From contig CAZJFL010000001.1 of assembly GCA_964545575.1 (NCBI GenBank), forward strand, positions 5,742-69,741: a DNA stretch of 64,000 bases, read 5' to 3'. This stretch comes from an uncultured Planctomycetales bacterium. GTDB taxonomy: Bacteria > Omnitrophota > Gorgyraeia > Gygaellales > Profunditerraquicolaceae. The first letter of the stretch is position 1. Each line of letters starts with the position of its first letter. Positions 49,736 to 57,307 of this stretch are shown in pieces. A model generated the notes under the pieces. The model saw only the letters and a list, made by a program, of their open reading frames with translations, had not been told where the DNA came from and made no database searches. Made by a program: the position numbers and the translations under genes.

Positions 49736-50784
49736 TATATTTTAAGTTTGTCTCTGATAATCTCTGCCCGTTTTATATCCCTCTCCTCGGCAGAAAGCTT
49801 TTTTTTCTCTATTTTCTGCAAATGCGCCGGCTGGATAATAATAAACAGCTCGTTTATATGCCGGTGGTTAATCTCGCCGATGATCTTTAAATCGGAGCCC
49901 AGCCTCACCATGGATAATAACTCGATGGTCTCTTGGCTGGAGATAATCCGCGCGCTCTTTAAAATCCCGAAGCTGCGGTTGATTCTATCCTCCAGCATCT
50001 GCCGGTCATGGGAAAGCAAGGCCTGCCGCGCCTGATTCTCCTGTTCGATAATCTGCCGGATCAGGCCGTTGATATTATTGATGATTTCATCTTCGCTTGA
50101 TCCCAGGGACACTTGGTTAGAGACCTGAAACAGGTTTCCCGTGGCCTGCGTACCCTCACCGTATAACCCGCGGGTGGTAAAACTTAACTTGGATATCGCC
50201 GCCAGCACCCGGTTAATCTGGCGCGTCATCACCAGCGCCGGTAAATGCAGCATCACCGAAGCGCGCATCCCGGTGCCGGTATTTGTCGGGCAGGCGGTAA
50301 GGTATCCCCAGTCCGATAAAAAAGCAAAAGATAAATCCCGGGCCAAGCAATCGTCGAGCCGGTTGATAATCTGCCAGGCCTCGAAGATATTAAAACCCGA
50401 CTGCATCACCTGCATGCGGATATGGTCTTCTTCGTTGATCATGATCGAGACGATCTCTTCAGCGTCAAGAATAATGCCGTTGCCGTTCTTCTTCTGCATA
50501 TGCTCATGGGACATCAGATGCCTCTCGACTAAAAACTGTTTATCCACAGTATCTAAGTCCGAAAGCCTAAAGGCCGTGGTTTTTTTAAGATAATCCACTT
50601 TAAGCACCGCCTGCGTAATCGTTTTCATAACCTCCTCGCCCTGTAATTTAGACGCCCGGTGCGGAAAAGGAATTTTCTCTAAGTTCCTGGCCAGGCGCAC
50701 GCGGCTGGAAATGACAATATCGGAATTGGGGCCGGTACCTTTAAGCCATTCGCTGGTATGATTTAGCAGGTCGTCAAGTTTCAT
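49735..50784 (-). CDS. mcsB: Protein arginine kinase
   Basis: SSRVRLARN, LVERHLMS, NEEDH, LTACPTNTGTG. Confidence 0.95.
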   Translation of the reverse strand: MKLDDLLNHTSEWLKGTGPNSDIVISSRVRLARNLEKIPFPHRASKLQGEEVMKTITQAVLKVDYLKKTTAFRLSDLDTVDKQFLVERHLMSHEHMQKKNGNGIILDAEEIVSIMINEEDHIRMQVMQSGFNIFEAWQIINRLDDCLARDLSFAFLSDWGYLTACPTNTGTGMRASVMLHLPALVMTRQINRVLAAISKLSFTTRGLYGEGTQATGNLFQVSNQVSLGSSEDEIINNINGLIRQIIEQENQARQALLSHDRQMLEDRINRSFGILKSARIISSQETIELLSMVRLGSDLKIIGEINHRHINELFIIIQPAHLQKIEKKKLSAEERDIKRAEIIRDKLKI

Positions 50785-51293
50785 CTTTCTGACTCTTCCT
50801 TGCCCTCTTTGTTCTCTAAGTTTTTTATCTGGTCACGCAGTTTTGCCGCTTCTTCAAAAGCCTCATTCTCAATTGCCTTCTGGAGATTACAACGTAAGGC
50901 TCCCAGGTCTACGCTTGGTTTCGGGGCTTTAGCCGTTCCCACCGGGCATTTGCCGAAATGTAAAAGCGAACCGTGGATTTTCTTCAACAGCGGCCCGAGG
51001 TATTTACGAAAAGTGGTGTAACATTCGCTGCAGCCGAGCCTGCCGATCTTCTTAAAATCCGTGTAGGTAAAACCGCAATTGGGACATTTAAGGCTTACTG
51101 CCTCTTTATCCTCTTCTGGCCGCTCAAAATCAGCTAACCCCGCCAAAAGGTCGTTTAAGCCGAACTGCTGCTCCATTTGCACGCTCTTAGCTCGCGCGCA
51201 CCCCTCACAAAGATGCAGTTCGTTCATTGCGTCGTCGATTATCTCCGTCAGATGCACGGTTGCCGGATTTTTACCGCAGATATCGCATAACAT
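50781..51293 (-). CDS. mcsA: McsB activator (CxxC + UVR); start placed at MLCDIC
   Basis: CDIC, CEGC, CPNC, GRLGCSECY, EAFEEAAKLRD. Confidence 0.93.
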   Translation of the reverse strand: MLCDICGKNPATVHLTEIIDDAMNELHLCEGCARAKSVQMEQQFGLNDLLAGLADFERPEEDKEAVSLKCPNCGFTYTDFKKIGRLGCSECYTTFRKYLGPLLKKIHGSLLHFGKCPVGTAKAPKPSVDLGALRCNLQKAIENEAFEEAAKLRDQIKNLENKEGKEESER

Positions 51294-51306
51294 CATTACC
51301 TCTCGT

Positions 51307-51380
51307 GGTATCAAAGTATCAAGGTATCATAGTATCAAAGTTTTTTCTTTGACACCCTGACACATTGATACACTGATACA
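51307..51380. repeat. Inverted pair of 8-mer arrays in the ilvE-mcsA spacer (same family as 44966-45066)
   Basis: GTATCAAA GTATCAAG GTATCATA GTATCAAA ... TTTGACAC CCTGACAC ATTGATAC ACTGATAC. Confidence 0.9.
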
Positions 51381-51399
51381 TATTTTTGTATTAACGATA

Positions 51400-52269
51400 T
51401 TAATACCTTACACCTTCCCTCTTAGTCAGCTCTTTAAATTTCTTCATCAGGCTCAGGGTGAGTTTACCGGGCTCGCCTCCTCCGATAACGCGGCCGTCCA
51501 CCTTGACCACTGGGATGATTTCGGCGGCCGTTCCGGTTAAGAAACATTCATCCGAAATATAGACCTCGTGGCGCGTAATCACATGCTCATGCGTAGGGAT
51601 CTTATCCTTCTTACAGATTTCCAGCACCGCATCGCGCGTAATCCCTCTTAACGTCCCCATGCATTGCGGCGGGGTATAAAGATGGCCGCGTTTAGCGATA
51701 AAAATATTGTCGCCGGTGCATTCCGCCACATAGCCTAAGGAATCCAGCATAATCGCCTCGTCAAACCCTGCGTTTACCGCTTCAATCTTAGCTAAGATAT
51801 TATTAAGATAGTTAAGGGATTTTATCTGGGGGTTAAGCGCCTCAGGGAGATTCCTCACCGTAGGCACGGTGATAATCTTCAGGCCGTCACGGTAAAGATT
51901 CTCGGGATACAAAGCTATTTTATCGGCAATAATAATTATCGCCGGCCCTCCGCTACATTTACGCGGGTCAAGCCCGAGGTCCCCTTCTCCCCTGGTTACA
52001 ATCAGGCGGATATAGGCATCTTTTAAATCATTCTTCTTTAAAGTCACAAGCACGGCTTTGATCAGCTGCTCTTTGTTTAAAGGTATCTTAAGCATGATGC
52101 TCTGCGCAGACTCAAAAAGCCGGTCAATATGCTCTTTCAGTTTAAAGACCAAGCGGTTATAGGAACGGATACCTTCAAAAACTCCGTCTCCGTATAAAAG
52201 CCCGTGGTCAAAGACAGAAACCTTAGCATCTTTTTTGTCGTAAAACTTTCCGTTGATATAGATTTTCAT
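51400..52269 (-). CDS. ilvE: Branched-chain amino acid aminotransferase
   Basis: DHGLLYGDGVFEG, KSLNYLNN, FLTGTAAE. Confidence 0.95.
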   Translation of the reverse strand: MKIYINGKFYDKKDAKVSVFDHGLLYGDGVFEGIRSYNRLVFKLKEHIDRLFESAQSIMLKIPLNKEQLIKAVLVTLKKNDLKDAYIRLIVTRGEGDLGLDPRKCSGGPAIIIIADKIALYPENLYRDGLKIITVPTVRNLPEALNPQIKSLNYLNNILAKIEAVNAGFDEAIMLDSLGYVAECTGDNIFIAKRGHLYTPPQCMGTLRGITRDAVLEICKKDKIPTHEHVITRHEVYISDECFLTGTAAEIIPVVKVDGRVIGGGEPGKLTLSLMKKFKELTKREGVRY

Positions 52270-52281
52270 TTTCGCTCCCTT

Positions 52282-52962
52282 CTAATTCAAAATGAGGCCG
52301 TCTTTCAAATAAATCACCCTGTCCGCGCATGAAGCAATTTCCTTATTGTGAGTTACCATTACCACCGTTACCCCGTCTTCTGCATTCAGAATCTTCAAAA
52401 GTTCCAGAATTTTTGCGCCGTTATCCGAATCCAGGTTTCCCGTCGGCTCATCGCAGAGCAGGACCTGCGGTTTATTGATCAGTGCCCGGGCGATAGCCGC
52501 GCGCTGCTGCTCTCCCCCGGATAACTGGTTCGGCCGGTGCTCGAGGCGCCCGGACAACCCCAGGCTTTCCGCTATAGACCTGGCCTGATCCCGGACCTTA
52601 GTTCTCTCTTGCCAGGAAGTCAGGACGGCAGGCAGCATAATATTTTCCAGGACATTCAATTCCGGCAAAAGATGATAAAACTGAAATACAAAACCGATCT
52701 TTCTATTCCTGAAATCCGCCCGTTCATTCTCATTAAAGCCGTAAATATTTGCGCCATCAAAAAAAACTTCTCCGCGGGTAGGATTATCCAGGCCGCCGAT
52801 AATATGTAAAAGCGTAGACTTTCCCGCTCCGGATGGCCCCTGGATAGCCAGAAACTCATTATGCGCTACTGTCAAGTTTATACCTCTTAACACTTCCAGG
52901 CTCTCGCTATCGTTTTTGTAACTCTTAAAAAGCGCCTCTGCTTTAAGTTTAGGATTACTCAT
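52282..52962 (-). CDS. lolD: LolD-like ABC ATPase; start placed at MSNPKLK
   Basis: GPSGAGKSTLL, FVFQFYHLL, LSGGEQQR, DEPTGNLD. Confidence 0.88.
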   Translation of the reverse strand: MSNPKLKAEALFKSYKNDSESLEVLRGINLTVAHNEFLAIQGPSGAGKSTLLHIIGGLDNPTRGEVFFDGANIYGFNENERADFRNRKIGFVFQFYHLLPELNVLENIMLPAVLTSWQERTKVRDQARSIAESLGLSGRLEHRPNQLSGGEQQRAAIARALINKPQVLLCDEPTGNLDSDNGAKILELLKILNAEDGVTVVMVTHNKEIASCADRVIYLKDGLILN

Positions 52963-54166
52963 GCCTGACTGCCTCGCTGGGGTTGATGCGTGCCGCATAA
53001 TAAGCCGGGTAAATACTTGCCGATAAACTGATGATTAAAGCGCAAATTACGATAAAAGCCACATCCGCCAGATTAATGTTGGTCGGGATGCGGTCAAAAT
53101 AATAAATGTCTCTGGGGATCAGGCTCTTACCGCTAATGCGGGAGATAAAATCCACCACATTATTCAGGGAAAAGGCCAGCGCTATCCCCCCGAGCAATCC
53201 TAAAATAATACCGCTAATGCCGATACTTAAACCCTGAAAAATAAATATCTCCAGTATGCTTTTGGTTTTAGCTCCGATGGAACGCAATATTCCGATATCC
53301 TTGACCCGGCTCATCACCGACATGATCAGGGTGCTCGCAATACCGAAGGCAGCCACCACCGTAGTCATGGTCACCACGATAAACATCACCGTCTTTTCAA
53401 GCTTCAGTGCCTGCAGAAAGTTTTGATTCGTATCTACCCAGGTCCTGATCTCATACCGGCCGACATTACGAATCTTGCTGTAGATATCCTGCTTTATGGC
53501 TTGGATGCGGTAAATATCATCCACTTTAATGCCTATGCCGCTGACTAAATTACCGCTTTTAAACAGCCCCTGCGCGCCGGCGATGCTGGTCAGAATTAGG
53601 CTAGAATCATAAAGATACATCCCGCTCTTAAAAATCCCCTTGATGCGTAAATCCGTCCTGGCCAAAGTTACCGGAGAAATCAGGCTAATATTATCTCCTA
53701 AGCCGAGATTCAGGCGCAAAGCCAGCTCCTCCCCGATCACGGCTTCATTACCTTCTACCTCCAGGCTCCCCTCTTTCATATATTCCCGGATCTTGGTAAC
53801 TTTGGGCTGAAGTTTAGGGTCTATCCCGCGCACATCCATGCTGATAATCCCTGAGCCGGATTTTATAAATGCCTGCCCGGCAATAAAAGGAGCGGCGTCC
53901 TGGACATGCGGAATGCTTTTTAATTTATTAATCAGGGGGTAAGGGTCTTTCGAGCCGTAAGCAAACTCTAAAAATAAATGCGAGTTTGTCCCGACCATCT
54001 TATCCTCTAGGTATTTGTCAAAGCCGCTCATCACCGCAATCACCACGATTAAAACCAAAACGCCGATCGCAATGCCGATCATCGAGATAAATGCGGTCAG
54101 CGAAATTATCTTTTCTTTTTTGCCGGTCTTAAAATAACGCTGGGAAAGCCACAGCTCGCAAAGCAT
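52955..54166 (-). CDS. lolC: Lipoprotein-releasing ABC permease LolC/E
   Basis: IGIAIGV..L.VV.AVMSGF, LKLEK..MF, IYY...IP, YPA..AA.INP. Confidence 0.85.
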   Translation of the reverse strand: MLCELWLSQRYFKTGKKEKIISLTAFISMIGIAIGVLVLIVVIAVMSGFDKYLEDKMVGTNSHLFLEFAYGSKDPYPLINKLKSIPHVQDAAPFIAGQAFIKSGSGIISMDVRGIDPKLQPKVTKIREYMKEGSLEVEGNEAVIGEELALRLNLGLGDNISLISPVTLARTDLRIKGIFKSGMYLYDSSLILTSIAGAQGLFKSGNLVSGIGIKVDDIYRIQAIKQDIYSKIRNVGRYEIRTWVDTNQNFLQALKLEKTVMFIVVTMTTVVAAFGIASTLIMSVMSRVKDIGILRSIGAKTKSILEIFIFQGLSIGISGIILGLLGGIALAFSLNNVVDFISRISGKSLIPRDIYYFDRIPTNINLADVAFIVICALIISLSASIYPAYYAARINPSEAVRHE

Positions 54167-54169
54167 ACC

Positions 54170-55621
54170 TTAGCCTACCTCCGGCCGAAGTAGAGGAAAT
54201 AAAATCACGTCCCTGATAGACGGCTGATCAGTCAGAAGCATCACCAGCCTGTCTATACCGATACCTAAGCCGCCTGCGGGAGGCATGCCGTGCTCAAGCG
54301 CCAAAACATAATCCTCATCCAGGCTCTTCTGCTCATCGCGCTCGGCTTCCTGAATCTCTTCTTTAAAGCGGCGGTTCTGTTCGATGGGGTCGTTTAACTC
54401 CGAATAGGCATTTCCCACCTCTATCCCGGCGATATACAGTTCAAACCTCTCTGAGACCAAGGGGTTATCGGTTTTAGCTTTAGCTAAGGGGCAGAGGCTA
54501 GTAAAATAATCGGTCACAAAAGTGGGGTTAGCGCTCATATCCTGCTCTAGAATATCCTCGATGAGCTTGGCCACCTGCGAACGGCTCAGGCGTGTTGCCT
54601 CTAAGGCATTACCCTTGGCTTTTAGCTTTTTCAACATCGCTTCTGCCCCGTCGCCTGAGTCAATGCCGAATCTTTCCTTGACTAAATCGGCGAAAGAGCG
54701 CCTCTGCCAGGGTATCGCCAGATCTACGGCCTTGCCCTGATAGCTAAACTGCGTGCCGCCTAAGACTTTTTTGGCGACATCAATAATTAAATTCTGCGTC
54801 AGCCGCATCATATCCTCGTAATTAGCATAGGCAGCGTATACCTCAAGCATCGTGAACTCCGGATTATGCTTGGTAGAAACCCCTTCATTGCGGAAGCTGC
54901 GGTTTATCTCATAAACTTTATCCAGCCCTCCGACGACCAGGCGCTTGAGGTATAATTCCGGGGCAATCCTTAAATAAAGGTCCATGCCGTATTCATTGTG
55001 GTGCGTCTTAAAAGGCCTGCCGGCGGCACCCCCGGGGATATAATGCATCATCGGGGTCTCTACCTCTAAAAAACCCTCTGCTTCCAGAAAATCCCTTACC
55101 GCCTTGATAATCCGGGAACGCAGTAAAAATACTTTCTTTACTTCTTCATTGGAGAGTAAGTCCAGGTAGCGCTGCCGGTAGCGTAAATCTACGTCTTTTA
55201 AACCGTGCCACTTTTCCGGGAGCGGGCGCAAGGCCTTAGCCAGAAAGGTAAGCTCTTCGGTCTTTAGTGTAGGCTCTCCGGTATGGGTTTTAAAAAGCTC
55301 TCCCCCGGCGCTGATGATATCGCCGACATCCATATTCTCCGCTAAAGAAAAGCCTTCCTTGCCCAAGATATCTTCTTTCAGGTAAAGCTGGATCCTGCCG
55401 GTAGCGTCCCGTAAATCTAAAAAAGTGACTTTTCCATGCAGGCGCTTGGCCATAATCCTGCCGGAAAGGCTTAACTTTTTACCTTCCTGAAAGTCGGCAA
55501 GCGCGCTGCCTATATCCGTATGGGAAGACAAAAGCGGGCTATTTTTATAAACCGGCGCGCCTTTAGCCTGCAAAGCAGCAAGTTTTGCTTTTCTCTGCTG
55601 GATAATCTCGTTTAATTCCAT
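54170..55621 (-). CDS. lysS: Lysine--tRNA ligase (class II)
   Basis: LPEKWHGL, RIAPELYLKRL, FRNEG, NAYSELNDP, GIGIDRL. Confidence 0.97.
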   Translation of the reverse strand: MELNEIIQQRKAKLAALQAKGAPVYKNSPLLSSHTDIGSALADFQEGKKLSLSGRIMAKRLHGKVTFLDLRDATGRIQLYLKEDILGKEGFSLAENMDVGDIISAGGELFKTHTGEPTLKTEELTFLAKALRPLPEKWHGLKDVDLRYRQRYLDLLSNEEVKKVFLLRSRIIKAVRDFLEAEGFLEVETPMMHYIPGGAAGRPFKTHHNEYGMDLYLRIAPELYLKRLVVGGLDKVYEINRSFRNEGVSTKHNPEFTMLEVYAAYANYEDMMRLTQNLIIDVAKKVLGGTQFSYQGKAVDLAIPWQRRSFADLVKERFGIDSGDGAEAMLKKLKAKGNALEATRLSRSQVAKLIEDILEQDMSANPTFVTDYFTSLCPLAKAKTDNPLVSERFELYIAGIEVGNAYSELNDPIEQNRRFKEEIQEAERDEQKSLDEDYVLALEHGMPPAGGLGIGIDRLVMLLTDQPSIRDVILFPLLRPEVG

Positions 55622-55630
55622 AGTTTTATA

Positions 55631-55659
55631 ATTATATAGTAGATTTCAGGTTATGTCAA
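55631..55659 (-). promoter_or_regulatory. Consensus sigma70 promoter at the head of the lysS run (near-leaderless)
   Basis: TTGACA-17-TATAAT, 9 nt before the ATG. Confidence 0.85.
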
Positions 55660-55680
55660 TTGAAGAAAGGCGGGGGGCGG

Positions 55681-57222
55681 CTAAGGATTGACTTTAGCCT
55701 TAATCATGAATCTCACAATCGGATTGGCAGGGTCATCCGTATGCAGATAGACGTATTGTTTGACTTCCCCGCTGTAGCCCTTACTGTTAAACTGGGTTTC
55801 AATTACAGTCTCCTCTCCGGGCCCTAAGTTCCTCTTGCCTACTCTGGAAATAGTGCAACCGCAAGAAGTGGTCACGTCTTTTATATTCAGCGGCTTTGGG
55901 GAATTATTCTTAAAGATAAAAACGTGTTTTACCACATCTGCCTCTTTTACCTCGCCGAAATCCCAGGAAAAAGAGTCTATACGCTCAGCCTCCGTCCGGA
56001 CTATAGGCTTAACGCTGGTGGATATCGCAGGCGCTTGTCTGCCTTGAGAAACCTGCGTATAAAGTAAAGCTATGCCTAAAATAAAGAAAATAACCGCCAT
56101 GAGCATCTTGGTAGTCAGAAGGTGTTTCTTCAGGAATGCGGAGAATTGTTCGGAGCTCGTCCCCAACAAAGCAAAGAAGAATACCGCCAATAAAGGAACA
56201 ATAAACATCAAATTATAAAGCAAGAGGTATGCCAAAGACTGCAATTTAAGCTGCGAGGTCTTAAGAACAAAGGCGATCGTTGGAAGATACATCTGTCCGG
56301 TGCAAACCGCCTCTAATATAGAAACCAGAAAACCGGTGATTAAGGCGCTTAAAAGAAGCTTGAAGATATTGCTTTTTAAATCGCCTGGACCACTGCCGCC
56401 TTTTCGATAATGCATTCCGACTACCTTATGAATTCGGTTCTTTACCACCTCTGGCAGCTGCAGAATCAGGCCTTCTGTCTCTTTGGTCTTCAGAAACTTG
56501 AAGAAATCATAAAGGGCAAGACACCCTAAGATGATACTGAATATGCCTATGCTTGTATTTATTATCCGGGAGGCTAACCAAAACCCCTCCAGGCGGTAAA
56601 GAAAGCCGAATAGCCCGATGCCGATTAAAACATAAGTAAGAAAGACCGCCAAGATAAAGGTCAGCCCGATAGCGAGCAGCTCTCTCTTTCTGTACCCCTG
56701 CAGGGCTAAAAAAGAAATGAAAAATACGATTACTGTGAACGCGCAGGGATTTATTCCGTCGATCAGGCCGGCGCTGATTACGGCAAGGGGCCCGAAGCTA
56801 AGAAAATGTTCAAGTAAGTCGCCTTCTAAATTAAATGTTTCCTCTATCGGGGGCCGCTTTAACCCTGACTCAATAAATGCCGGAAGCGTTGTTTCTAGCT
56901 GGGTATCAGCGCTTAGAAAATAGCCCGCAAAGAAAAATATCGGCAAAGCGCCTTTTAAATCTTTAGCGTTATATTTTTCCTGCAGGCCGCGCAGCAATTT
57001 ATAATTTTTAAGGTCGGTGGTATCGCGCTGCTCTATAATAATCCTGCCCTTAAACCTCTCTTCTACGGAGGGGATTAAATTAGTTTTGACCAAGGCGCAG
57101 CGGTGGCAGTTGGGGGAATAAAACAAAATGAGCTTGCGCGGCCCGGCCGCCTCTAACTGCCCATAAACTAATGCCGCCATGGCTAGCGCCCCGATAAAGA
57201 GTAGAAGATTTTTCCTAAACAT
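55681..57222 (-). CDS. Thioredoxin-like + CcdA/DsbD-like membrane domain + DUF1573 Ig-like domain protein
   Basis: FYSPNCHRC; DGINPCAF and LEAVCTGQ.Y; DFGEV...V.TSCGCT. Confidence 0.75.
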   Translation of the reverse strand: MFRKNLLLFIGALAMAALVYGQLEAAGPRKLILFYSPNCHRCALVKTNLIPSVEERFKGRIIIEQRDTTDLKNYKLLRGLQEKYNAKDLKGALPIFFFAGYFLSADTQLETTLPAFIESGLKRPPIEETFNLEGDLLEHFLSFGPLAVISAGLIDGINPCAFTVIVFFISFLALQGYRKRELLAIGLTFILAVFLTYVLIGIGLFGFLYRLEGFWLASRIINTSIGIFSIILGCLALYDFFKFLKTKETEGLILQLPEVVKNRIHKVVGMHYRKGGSGPGDLKSNIFKLLLSALITGFLVSILEAVCTGQMYLPTIAFVLKTSQLKLQSLAYLLLYNLMFIVPLLAVFFFALLGTSSEQFSAFLKKHLLTTKMLMAVIFFILGIALLYTQVSQGRQAPAISTSVKPIVRTEAERIDSFSWDFGEVKEADVVKHVFIFKNNSPKPLNIKDVTTSCGCTISRVGKRNLGPGEETVIETQFNSKGYSGEVKQYVYLHTDDPANPIVRFMIKAKVNP

Positions 57223-57228
57223 ACTGTT

Positions 57229-57257
57229 ATTTTAACAGGGGGTTGTCATTTTTTCAA
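57229..57257 (-). promoter_or_regulatory. Sigma70-type promoter (leaderless)
   Basis: TTGAAA-17-TAAAAT, 6 nt before the ATG. Confidence 0.6.
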
Positions 57258-57307
57258 TAAGAAATTCTTGCAAAATCATGCTGGCTGTGCTAAATTGAAA
57301 ACCTGAT

